Below are positions 17,990 to 26,404 of a stretch of DNA of 64,000 nucleotides, piece by piece (positions within the stretch are counted from its first letter, which is position 1; every line of letters starts with the position of its first letter). A model generated the notes under the pieces. That model worked only from the letters and a program-made list of their open reading frames with translations. It ran no database searches and was not told the origin of the DNA. The stretch is from positions 1 through 64,000 of IMG/VR virus record IMGVR_UViG_2596583652_000001. One strand, written 5' to 3'. The translations under genes were made by a program, and so were the position numbers. This stretch comes from a virus. Its lineage: Duplodnaviria > Heunggongvirae > Uroviricota > Caudoviricetes.

Positions 17990-18027
17990 TACCACCGGGT
18001 TCTCTCCATGGAAGAAGCCGAGGGCAT

Positions 18028-18306
18028 ATGAGCGCCGCCGAGATTGCCCAGCTCCATCAGACCATCCGCCAGCACCGGGCCCGACTGATCGACCTGCTCC
18101 AGAACGATCCCGTCCTGGTTCTTGAGCATGACGGCCTTCGGCTGCCCATTCTGCCCGGCAGAGATCTCCTCCATCCGGCAACCGGTCTGGCCTTCTCCTA
18201 CGAAGAGGCGCGCCGGGAGGAGCTGACGCACGAACTCAACCAGATCACCATGGCTCTCACCCGGCTGAAGGAGCTCGACGCGCCCACTCTCCTCGGGAAG
18301 ATCTAG
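18028..18306 (+). CDS. hypothetical protein
   Basis: ATG at 18028 in frame with track ORF 17896..18306 (MSAAEIAQLHQTIRQHRARLIDLLQ...). Confidence 0.4.
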   Translation: MSAAEIAQLHQTIRQHRARLIDLLQNDPVLVLEHDGLRLPILPGRDLLHPATGLAFSYEEARREELTHELNQITMALTRLKELDAPTLLGKI

Positions 18307-19458
18307 CCCACGGGATCCGCCCGCACACCTTCCCGGCGCCAACATAATGTAAAGCTCTGCGTCAAACTCCGCCTCACCAGGCCCGAAAAGACCCCTCCCC
18401 TCTTCCCCGGAAATTCTCCGTCTATCTACCCGGATAGATAGAAGTGTTACGCTATGTTGTCGGAGTTTTACCTAAATCGGCCATTTCGGCCCTTTTCAGC
18501 GAAATGACCCAGTTTCGCGTCGTCACTCTAGAGCGATAGATAGACGCGAACCTGATTTACAGATCTAGCTAGATAGCTAGAGACGCATGCACAGCGTCGG
18601 GATGCACTCAGAGCAGCGCAGATAGCTATCGACGCATCCGCAGCGCTCAGCGACGCGCTCTGACGATCTCAGCACGCGAACCACTGAGAAAGCTAGACCT
18701 GCATCTAGCTAGATAGCTATTCCCTCAGAGAGCACAGACACGAGAGAGCGCGACGCTCAGACGGTGTGCCTCTAGTGAGAGAACGGCCATATGCGTGCAC
18801 TGGACGTGTGACGAGAGCCGGTCGCGAGTGTGTAGCCGCTCGGTGTGAGCAGATATGAGATCGGTGTGAGAGAGTGGTGGGTTCCGCGCCGCGGTTCTCC
18901 TAGGCTTCCCACGGCAAACCATGGCACCTCCGAAAACCCAACCGGACCCATGGAACCGGAATGGCTCGCTCCGCACCTAGGCCCAGCCAGACCCGTCGCC
19001 GCAGCGGAACAGGCAGTCCTGAGCCGGAGAGTCTCTACGCCGGAACATCGCCAGGCTTCTACGCCGGAGAGCCTCGGGAAAGAGGAGGTTTTCCTGACTA
19101 ATTACAAACCCTTTAAGAAGCATACATACTATACAGGCGATGGCACGGGACGTTAGGTCCGGATCGGTCCTATTCCGCACGAGCGGTCCATGGCACATCC
19201 ATGGCTCTCCATGGTTCCGGCTCGCGCGACGGCGGCGCTCCATGGATCAGACCCTTTCGGTGCAGTCATTCCATGGTGAACCATGGGCCGCACAGTATCG
19301 GTTACAGGTTTCGGCGGCTCCCATGCGTGCGCCCTGCGTATTACGACCCTGCCTGCACCTGTCCAACCCAAATATTCACCCATGATTGTTTCGTCTATTC
19401 TCTAATCATCGAAACGCAAGACGCTTTCGACGCAACAGAGAGAAAACGGAGCAAGACA
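18307..19458. repeat. ~1.15-kb noncoding repeat tract (iteron-like; candidate origin or immunity region)
   Basis: No credible ORF. Contains the palindrome TCTATCTAcccggaTAGATAGA (18421-18443), GCGATAGATAGACGCG, three copies of CTAGCTAGATAGCTA-type repeats (18561-18582, 18619-18638, 18689-18720), a CCATGG array (18920-19290), and composite element A (19035-19152). Confidence 0.55.
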
Positions 19459-20316
19459 ATGAGCGACAACACCACCACCGAGAACGAAGCCCTACTGAAC
19501 GTCGCCGATCTCCTCGCCATCGAGGACATCGTGTCCGGTCTCGAGAACGAAGCCGAAGCGCTCGCCGAGACCGAACGCCTGCAGCAGGCTGAGAGCCAGG
19601 CCCAGGCCGAGGTTCAGAACCAGGCCAGCACGGACGAGGCCTCGGCCGAGGCGGGCGACACCGAAGAGCCGGTGCCCACCGAGGCCACCCATGTGCCCGG
19701 CGACCTCAAGGAGATGATGGACGCGGTGCCCCAGGAGGACGTCGACATCAAGATCGCCGCCACTGAGACCGAGTTCAGCGTCCGCGCCGCCTTCGAGAAG
19801 GCGAAGAACCCCTCGAACCTGAAGATGCAGCAGAACCTCACCGCCTACGGCAAGCGGCTCGCTTCGCCGATCGCCGCCAAGGTGCTGTGTGCGACCGATG
19901 TCGATCCGGAGTTCCTCAACCGCGAGATCTCGAACGGCTCGCGCTTCAACGTCTACGCGATGGACAAGGTCGCGGACCTGGTGACGGCACTCTCCGGCGG
20001 CGTGATGCAGAACGCGATCAATCGCGCGATCACCCGCTCGATGTTCAAGTTCCGGGCGGCCGGTGTTCCCTTCACCGGGATCGCGGCCCAGGCGGCGTCC
20101 TCGGACAAGGTGAAGGTCGATCGCAAGCTCGCCCAGCTCCTGATCCGGCACACGGTGAGCGCCGCGACCGCGCCCACCCAGACCTCGAGCACCATGTCGG
20201 CGCTCGCCGTCATGGGCATCGTGCGCAACACGGGCTCGCAGAAGTATCCGGTCTACGAGCTGACCGACACGCCCCAGACGCGGCGTCTGGAGGAAGTGCT
20301 CGCCAAGGCGGCGTAA
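19459..20316 (+). CDS. hypothetical protein with an acidic low-complexity N-terminus
   Basis: ATG at 19459 in frame with track ORF 19201..20316. Preceded by the leader ATCGAAACGCAAG...GAGCAAGACAATG that is shared with the next two cassettes. Confidence 0.55.
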   Translation: MSDNTTTENEALLNVADLLAIEDIVSGLENEAEALAETERLQQAESQAQAEVQNQASTDEASAEAGDTEEPVPTEATHVPGDLKEMMDAVPQEDVDIKIAATETEFSVRAAFEKAKNPSNLKMQQNLTAYGKRLASPIAAKVLCATDVDPEFLNREISNGSRFNVYAMDKVADLVTALSGGVMQNAINRAITRSMFKFRAAGVPFTGIAAQAASSDKVKVDRKLAQLLIRHTVSAATAPTQTSSTMSALAVMGIVRNTGSQKYPVYELTDTPQTRRLEEVLAKAA

Positions 20317-20340
20317 GACCGCACACGAGCACAGCGCGAA

Positions 20341-20368
20341 GGGCGAGGGTTTCTCTCGCCCTTTTTGC
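20341..20368 (+). terminator. rho-independent terminator
   Basis: GGGCGAGGGtttctCTCGCCC stem followed by TTTTTG, directly after the stop at 20316. Confidence 0.6.
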
Positions 20369-20559
20369 GTTGCGGGCGGACGGGACGGGGAACGGCGCAC
20401 CATATGGGCTCCGCCGAAGGGTGGGGAACGGGGAATGGCTCGCTCCGGGCCTAGGGGCGATCAGGTCCCCATTTCCATGGTTCGCCGTGGAGATCCATGG
20501 GTGCGGCGCCGGATGAGGGCACGGATAAGGGTTCCGGGGGTGTGGCCGGCGCCCTGGCT

Positions 20560-20639
20560 GCGCCGTTACACACCTGCCGCAATCCGTGACGTGCGCTCGC
20601 TATAGTTTCAGCATCGAAACACAAACGAGAGACACGACA
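20560..20639 (+). promoter_or_regulatory. promoter/leader cassette copy 2
   Basis: CCGCAATCCG-N-GCGCTCGCTATAGTTTCAGCATCGAAACACAAACGAGAGACACGACAATG, about 85% identical to 21038-21107. TATAGT resembles a -10 hexamer. Confidence 0.4.
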
Positions 20640-20939
20640 ATGCAAGAGATCAGCCGTCAGCAGTTCGATGAAGCTCTGTCCGTTTCGCTGACTGAAGTGT
20701 TCGACGGATTCTTCGGCCGTCATCACATCGAAGTTCTCAAAGGCGACGAGAGGCTCGTCATGCTCGTCGCTGACTGCGAGAAAACCGACTATCACAACTC
20801 GTCATATTTCTACGCGCAGGGCGCGCGTGAGCGCAGCGAGAAGCTGATCGTCACCCGCTACTACGCGCTCAATGCCCTGAGCGAAGCGTATGAGCTGATC
20901 GCCCGCATCACGAACGCGCATTACGAACAGGTCCTGTGA
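20640..20939 (+). CDS. hypothetical protein
   Basis: ATG at 20640 in frame with track ORF 20586..20939. Confidence 0.5.
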   Translation: MQEISRQQFDEALSVSLTEVFDGFFGRHHIEVLKGDERLVMLVADCEKTDYHNSSYFYAQGARERSEKLIVTRYYALNALSEAYELIARITNAHYEQVL

Positions 20940-21037
20940 CCTGTTCGAGCCGCTGCTGGCCACAGGGCGTCACTGCCCTGTGGCCGATCCCTGTTCCTGG
21001 CGCGCCCTCTCCTCACCTGCCGGCGCCTGGCTGACCC

Positions 21038-21107
21038 TCCCGCAATCCGCAGATGCGCTCGCTATAGTTCAATCATCGAAACGCAAGAGCGAGACGCGAG
21101 AAACGCC
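21038..21107 (+). promoter_or_regulatory. promoter/leader cassette copy 3
   Basis: CCGCAATCCGCAGATGCGCTCGCTATAGTTCAATCATCGAAACGCAAGAGCGAGACGCGAGAAACGCCATG. Confidence 0.4.
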
Positions 21108-21404
21108 ATGTCCAAGATCTTCATCACCGATGTCGAGCACGATCACGAAGAAGACCACACCGACGTCATCCTGACCAACGAGCACGACAACGAAGTCGCC
21201 GTGCGCATGAGCTATGACGAGAACCTGCGCGTGACCATCACCGTGCTGCGCTCCGAGAAGTTCGCCGCCTTCCCCACGCCCTACGTCAACGACGCCGTCT
21301 TCGCCGCCGCCGTGATCATGAAGCTCAACGAGCTGACGACGCCCGAGACCGCGATTCCCCTCGTCGTCGACATCACCGAGCCCTTGCTGCTCGTCGAGTT
21401 CTGA
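21108..21404 (+). CDS. hypothetical acidic protein
   Basis: 98-aa ORF. Confidence 0.5.
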   Translation: MSKIFITDVEHDHEEDHTDVILTNEHDNEVAVRMSYDENLRVTITVLRSEKFAAFPTPYVNDAVFAAAVIMKLNELTTPETAIPLVVDITEPLLLVEF

Positions 21405-21822
21405 ACCGGCCACCATCAGGCCAAGGCGAGGCCAGGCCATTGCGGACCAGGCCAGCCACCTCTCCGGTGGAGCAGGCATCGCCTCCCCTGCCCCACTGAG
21501 CGCCCTGCCGGGTCATGGACCGCCCGGCAGGGTATTTCGCACCTCGGGCAACAGGGCACAGGGCGGATCCCTTGGATTTCCATGGGTGCCCAGAAATGGC
21601 CGCTGACGGGCGCCCGGCATTTGCGGCCCGTTGCTGCTCGCGACCCCTCCTTGCCAGCCAGCGCCCGGCTGTGGCGTCCCCTGCCCCAATATCACGCCCA
21701 CAGCTCGCCCTACCCTGCCGAGCCCGCACAGACCCCTCCGCCACCCAGATTTAGCTAGATACAGATTTAGCTAAACTGTGACTGTCAGCGAATGAGCGCT
21801 GACATCAATCGGAGCAACGACA

Positions 21823-22137
21823 ATGAACCGCACTCTCGACACGCTCGCCGCTCGTGCCGCCAACGACCTCGACATCCTCGAGGCGTGCAAGAACCACACG
21901 GTGCCGCCGGTCGCCGAGAAGCGCCGGGCGCTCGCCGATCTCGTGCGCAAGTCGGGCGACAGCTTCCGGGCAGCGCACGAGCAGTCGGGCGTGACGCTCA
22001 CCGAGTTCCTCGATCTCGCGAGCACGAAGCTGCGTGACATCCGGCGCGGCCGGGCGGCGCTCGCCAAGGAACGCCTCGCGCGCATCGAGCAGGCGAAGCT
22101 CGAGCGGGAAGAGCTGATGGCCGGGCTCGCCGTCTGA
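21823..22137 (+). CDS. hypothetical protein
   Basis: 104-aa ORF. Upstream direct repeats GATTTAGCTAGATACAGATTTAGCTAAA (21750-21778). Confidence 0.45.
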   Translation: MNRTLDTLAARAANDLDILEACKNHTVPPVAEKRRALADLVRKSGDSFRAAHEQSGVTLTEFLDLASTKLRDIRRGRAALAKERLARIEQAKLEREELMAGLAV

Positions 22138-22711
22138 CGCAGCGATGGGGCGCTCGACATGGGCGCCCCTTCATTGCGCCAGGGCAACAGGGCACGGTTC
22201 AGGGCTCCGCCGATTAGGTATGGCTTGGATCAGTGGGATCCCTGGTCGGGCCGCCCGCGCGCCGTGCAGGTCACGGGCGCCGCAGGGGCCCGGGGAAGGT
22301 TCTTGTGAACCTTCCCCTTAGGCGAAGGGCACCCTGAAGACGCCCGAAAGCCGCGGTCCAGGCGAACCGCGGCTTTACAGATTCAGCTATTTGCAGGAAT
22401 GCAGGTTCAGCTATTCAGCTGGAATGGCGCATGTGGCGCCCAGCCCGACCAGGCGGTAGACATCGTCCAGCTCCGGGCCGGCGAGACCGTCTTCCAGGCA
22501 GTCATCGCTCGGCAGCCGGCTCGGCGTGGCAAGGCTGGTCTGCCGGCGCCAGCGGTCGAGATGCCGGCGCTCGGACGTGGTGGTGGCGAGGCTGGAGCGC
22601 ATGCCATCGCCATAGGCGGTGCGCTTGCTGGCGTGTGGGGTTCTAGGCATTTCTGTATCCAGCTATTTGCAGGAATGGCTATATGCAGGAATGGCTGAAG
22701 CTGGATGCCGG

Positions 22712-22903
22712 TCAGGCCAGGCCGAGGTCCTGAAGGATGCGCCGGCGCTTGGCCTCCAGGCTCATGCGCTGGCTCATGAGGCGAAACACGCCATAGACGT
22801 CCTGACTGTTGCAGGCTTCCCGGGCCTGGTTGGTGATGGCGTTGGCGATGGTGTCGAATGCCTTGGTGATTTCGTTCTCGGTCTTGGTGCGGTGCATAGC
22901 CAT
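22712..22903 (-). CDS. small protein, candidate DNA-binding regulator
   Basis: 63-aa minus-strand ORF with GGAGAC upstream. It is the only coding sequence inside a ~1.3-kb tract of GATTYAGCTA, TTCAGCTAT and GCAGGAATG repeats (22375-22700). Confidence 0.35.
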   Translation of the reverse strand: MAMHRTKTENEITKAFDTIANAITNQAREACNSQDVYGVFRLMSQRMSLEAKRRRILQDLGLA

Positions 22904-23055
22904 GGTGGTGTCTCCGGTTGGTGTGCCCGTGGGACGCCCGGTAGGGCGTAGGGGTGAGGTCTGGCTGGCTTTTGGGGCAGGGCAGGCGAGGGAGGCGGGG
23001 ATGCGCTTTTCGAGAGAGCTAGAGCGCTTTGCAGCGCTCTAGCGTGTCTCGCGCG

Positions 23056-23616
23056 TCACGCGTCGACTTTCTCGCTCTGAATATCGAACGCTTCACAGAG
23101 CGCTTTCGCGAGCTTGTTCACGTTGACGCGATACGTTGCGCGCTTGTCTGCAACGTCAACGAGAATGTTCAGCGTCTTAAGAGCGTCGATCGACGTTTGA
23201 ACTTGCGCAGCGATCGTGCTTTCGTCTTGCGTCACGTTACGCTGATAGACAAGCGCACTCTTGTCATCAGCGATCTTGCGAGACTTTGAAAGCGACGCTT
23301 CGCAATCGCTCTTAGTCAGTTCAAGCGACGATTGAGCGTGCAACATTGCAGTTCTGAAGATCGCATACGTGTTTTCGTTAAGATCGCTCGCGTCGCGCAC
23401 GATAGCTTGATGCGCGAACTTGACGACTTTCTCGCTCGCATACATTGCGCGAGCGAAGCGCTGCGCGTCGACTTTTGCGCTTGTCATGAGCTTCACAAAC
23501 TTGTCATTCGTGAAACGCTTAATCATGTTTTCGAGTTTCTTAATATTCGTCGCGCTTGCATTCTTCTCTTTCGCAACGACGATGCGAGCTTCGAGTGCAG
23601 CGATATAAGCGTTCAT
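23056..23616 (-). CDS. hypothetical all-helical protein encoded in a low-GC island (moron)
   Basis: 186-aa minus-strand ORF. A/T-rich codons, clearly lower GC than the flanks. Convergent with surrounding + strand genes. Confidence 0.5.
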   Translation of the reverse strand: MNAYIAALEARIVVAKEKNASATNIKKLENMIKRFTNDKFVKLMTSAKVDAQRFARAMYASEKVVKFAHQAIVRDASDLNENTYAIFRTAMLHAQSSLELTKSDCEASLSKSRKIADDKSALVYQRNVTQDESTIAAQVQTSIDALKTLNILVDVADKRATYRVNVNKLAKALCEAFDIQSEKVDA

Positions 23617-23905
23617 GATCTTGTCTCTCGTTTGCTTGTCTGCAATGCGTCATTGCTTGCTGACAATTTGATAATAGCGAAGTCTTAGAACGGAACAATG
23701 CAGTTGATGGGGATGCCTATACAACCCCGCGACTTCCCCGGTCCTATCCTCCACTATGCGAGACCGTGTCACCCCGCTGCCCGACGCCCTCTGCCCAGCT
23801 GTCCGCCCTTGCGCACATGAGGCGGCTCCCACCCCAGGAACCGATGCGAGATTTCATGGAACCTCCGCTCTAGCTATCTAGCTGGATAGCTGAATCTGCA
23901 TCGCC

Positions 23906-23933
23906 GAATGTAAGTATGTATTGACTTACTTTC
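23906..23933. promoter_or_regulatory. palindromic motif copy (GTAAGTATGTATTGACTTAC)
   Basis: Lies between the low-GC island and the ORF at 24015. Confidence 0.4.
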
Positions 23934-24014
23934 TGACGGGGAATAGCGTCCTCACCCGTTGCAAATGCTCACTCTGCGCAGCCGCTGCTGCCCGCTCCAG
24001 CACAGGACCCGCCC

Positions 24015-24401
24015 ATGTCCATCACCGATCCGTTCGCCGGCAAGCCGCCCTACCGCGATGACGAGACGCCCCTTCCCTTCGTGCCGTCGATCGAGAAGCA
24101 GCTGCTGGCCGAGCGCCGAGCCCAGATCGCCCAGCTGGGTCGTCCCATCAAGCACCCGGGCCTGCCCGTCGCCGGCTACACCGCCCAGGACCCGGCCAAG
24201 ATCGCCGCGGTGAACGTCAACAAGGAGCTCGAGGAGCGCGTCCTGCGCCAGATCGACAAGCTCAAGCTCGACCAGGAGGGCCTCGAGCCCGATCAGTGCC
24301 TCATCGCCATCGCCCACACCCACATGCAGATCGCCTTCATGGTGCTGAACCGGGCGATCTTTAAGCCCGAGCGCATCAAGCTGCCGGAGGACGGCCAGTG
24401 A
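24015..24401 (+). CDS. hypothetical protein
   Basis: 128-aa ORF. Confidence 0.5.
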   Translation: MSITDPFAGKPPYRDDETPLPFVPSIEKQLLAERRAQIAQLGRPIKHPGLPVAGYTAQDPAKIAAVNVNKELEERVLRQIDKLKLDQEGLEPDQCLIAIAHTHMQIAFMVLNRAIFKPERIKLPEDGQ

Positions 24402-24598
24402 CCCTCATCGGCTGGTGGCTGCTGCCGCTCGTCATCACCGTGCTCGCCTATGGCTGGGCGCTCACCCACATCCTCTCCCTGCGCCAGCTGCTGGCTGATC
24501 CGCTAGGGCCGTTCCTCGTGATCGTGGTCGGCGTGTTCTGCGTCAGCATCGCGACCATCATCACCTTCGCCGCCTGGGCGCTTTGGGCCGTGGCATGA
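24398..24598 (+). CDS. small membrane protein with two transmembrane helices (GTG start)
   Basis: MTLIGWWLLPLVITVLAYGWAL...FLVIVVGVFCVSIATIITFAAWALW. Confidence 0.4.
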   Translation: MTLIGWWLLPLVITVLAYGWALTHILSLRQLLADPLGPFLVIVVGVFCVSIATIITFAAWALWAVA

Positions 24599-25155
24599 GC
24601 ACCATCGCCTATCGCGCCGGCGTCATGGCCGCCGACACAAGGGCCTATTCGGGCTCCAAGGTGCCGATCGGCAACAAGGTGAAGATCTGGCGCATCGAGG
24701 GCGGTGCGCTCATCGGCGTGGCCACAGCCAAGCCCGGGCAGGGCGAGATGTTCGTTCAGTGGGTGCGCGACGGCGCGGACCCGCACAATGCACCCACGAG
24801 CGCGCCGGACTTCGAGGCGCTGCTGGTGCGGCCCAATGGCGAGGCGCTGTTCTTCTACGACAGCTTCCTGCCGTCCGGGCCGCTCATTGCGCCCTACTTC
24901 GCCATCGGCTCGGGCTCGCAATACGCGCTGGGTGCCCTGGCCGTCGGTGCTGGCGCCGAGGCGGCCGTGGCTGCGGCCGTCGAGCTCGACCAGTTCACCG
25001 GCGGTCTGGTGACGCGCCTGGAGCATTTCGAGCCGCTGCCGGACGAGCCGGAGTGTCGCACTGGTGATGATTGGAGTGATCCGGACAGCGATGCCTCTCA
25101 CGAGATCGGCGCCAATCCCGCTTTCGACCCGGTGCCCGCCGATGCCGGCTCCTGA
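24595..25155 (+). CDS. proteasome/HslV-like Ntn-hydrolase family protein
   Basis: ATG at 24595. N-terminus MSTIAYRAGVMAADTRAYSG parallels the 20S beta/HslV signature (TTI....GVVLAADTRAT). AIGSGSQYALGAL parallels HslV AIGSGGPYA. Acidic C-terminal tail. Confidence 0.55.
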   Translation: MSTIAYRAGVMAADTRAYSGSKVPIGNKVKIWRIEGGALIGVATAKPGQGEMFVQWVRDGADPHNAPTSAPDFEALLVRPNGEALFFYDSFLPSGPLIAPYFAIGSGSQYALGALAVGAGAEAAVAAAVELDQFTGGLVTRLEHFEPLPDEPECRTGDDWSDPDSDASHEIGANPAFDPVPADAGS

Positions 25156-25351
25156 CGTCGAAGCGGTTCATCTCGCGCGCCGGCTGGTGCTGCTCGACAA
25201 CGGCACGGTGCGGCCGATCGCGACGCTGCTGGATTGTCTGGGAGAGGAGACGGCGGCCGAGCGCGAGGCGGTGTCGGCGATTGTCGAGGCAATGCCAGGT
25301 GTCTGGCTATGTGTGGATCTCCGGACGTTCGAGGCCGCGCCGCTGCACTAG
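25142..25351 (+). CDS. hypothetical protein
   Basis: ATG at 25142 in frame with track ORF 25064..25351. Confidence 0.3.
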   Translation: MPAPDVEAVHLARRLVLLDNGTVRPIATLLDCLGEETAAEREAVSAIVEAMPGVWLCVDLRTFEAAPLH

Positions 25352-25430
25352 CTAGATAGCTATTCCTGCATTCAGTCATTTCTGTATCTAGCTGGAGCTG
25401 GGTTCAGCTATCGAGCTAGATGCGATCGAA
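25352..25430. repeat. centromere-like repeats (candidate parC/parS)
   Basis: CTAGCTAGATAGCTATTCCTGCATTCAGTCATTTCTGTATCTAGCTGGAGCTGGGTTCAGCTATCGAGCTAGATGCGATCG, immediately downstream of the ParG-like gene. The same repeat families occur at 18561-18720, 23865-23895, 26405-26440 and 27485-27520. Confidence 0.45.
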
Positions 25431-25490
25431 CGTCCGGAGATCACCGAGTCTGCGAGGGGAGGGTGGGGGCTCCTACCCATGATCGACAGC

Positions 25491-25757
25491 TCAGTCCTTC
25501 AGCTCCTTCTGCCGTGCTTCCCACGCCTCGAAGGACTGAATCAGGAGATCCTTCATGGACAGGTCGTGCATCGAAGCCGTCGCCTTGAACCGGCGGTGCC
25601 AGGTCTTGGGCATGTTGAAGGTCATGGCGGTGTAGGGCTCACCGTTCATGTTGTTCGCCGCTTCCTTCGGCGCCGCGGCGATCGCGGCCGCGCCTAGGAA
25701 AGACGCCTTCTGCGGCCGCACCGGCGCCGCCTTCGTCTTCGGCTTTTCCTCGCTCAT
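25491..25757 (-). CDS. small basic partition protein, ParG/ribbon-helix-helix-like centromere binder
   Basis: 88 aa with a Lys/Ala/Pro-rich flexible N-terminus and a short C-terminal structured region. Overlaps parA by 4 bp (ATGA). Confidence 0.5.
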   Translation of the reverse strand: MSEEKPKTKAAPVRPQKASFLGAAAIAAAPKEAANNMNGEPYTAMTFNMPKTWHRRFKATASMHDLSMKDLLIQSFEAWEARQKELKD

Positions 25758-26404
25758 AGTCGGTTCTCCGTCAGTCGGTTGACCCGGTCGACGATCTCCG
25801 CAGCAAGGGTGTCCGCCTTGTCGTTCAGGCTGGGGTATTTGCTCTCGGAAGGAGCGCGACCGGTGTTTTGGGCCATCGCGTAGCCCGTTTTGGCGGATAG
25901 ATCCTGCTCGGCCACCAGATAGAGCGACCCCTGCAGGATATATTGCCGCGCTTCGCTCACCGCCAAGTCGCTGTCCGTGGTCTTGTTGAGCACGAACATG
26001 ATCCGCTCCCTGGCGATGCCTTTGGCCACCAGCTCATTGGCAAATAGGAGCTGGGGCTTCAGATCGTCCAGCGTGAGGCCGGTCGGCACGACCACGAGCG
26101 TGGCCGCGCGAGCGATCTCGAGGCTCGACTGATCCGAATCCGGACGTCCGTCCGCCACGACGCAGTCGAAAGGCTCGCGCTTCATGGAGGAGGGGGAGTT
26201 GTAGGGCTCGGCGACGATGATGGGTTCGACGCCTTGAGCCGCGCGCATGGCGCACCAGTCGACAGAGGTCTTCTGCCGCGTGTTGAAGTCGCAGATCTTC
26301 ACCGACCAGCCCGCTGCGGCATAGGTGCGGGCCATGAGCCGGGCGATGGTCGATTTCCCGACCCCGCCTTTCTGCGAGAGACACCCGATGATCAGGTCAG
26401 CCAT
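25754..26404 (-). CDS. parA: ParA-family (type Ib, small) partition ATPase
   Basis: Deviant Walker A GCLSQKGGVGKST. 216 aa with no N-terminal HTH, i.e. the short ParF/Soj-like form. Confidence 0.85.
   Translation of the reverse strand: MADLIIGCLSQKGGVGKSTIARLMARTYAAAGWSVKICDFNTRQKTSVDWCAMRAAQGVEPIIVAEPYNSPSSMKREPFDCVVADGRPDSDQSSLEIARAATLVVVPTGLTLDDLKPQLLFANELVAKGIARERIMFVLNKTTDSDLAVSEARQYILQGSLYLVAEQDLSAKTGYAMAQNTGRAPSESKYPSLNDKADTLAAEIVDRVNRLTENRL

Noticed and set aside
11290-17990. Recurrent C-terminal ...PNFG / ...NYGRF / ...PNFGRF endings on three unrelated small proteins (ends at 11306, 12206, 17989)
   Set aside because: At the DNA level the shared part is a short GG(G/C)AGGTTCTGA word. 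In one case it doubles as the ribosome-binding site of the next gene. Three occurrences of a 13-mer among more than 40 coupled genes could be coincidence or recombination scars. Not enough to call a functional motif.
22399-22698. 99-aa + strand ORF within the 22.1-22.7 kb repeat tract
   Set aside because: It spans the GATTCAGCTAT/GCAGGAATG repeat array. Its translation is Gly/Ala/Arg-rich. The region is better explained as noncoding binding-site repeats.
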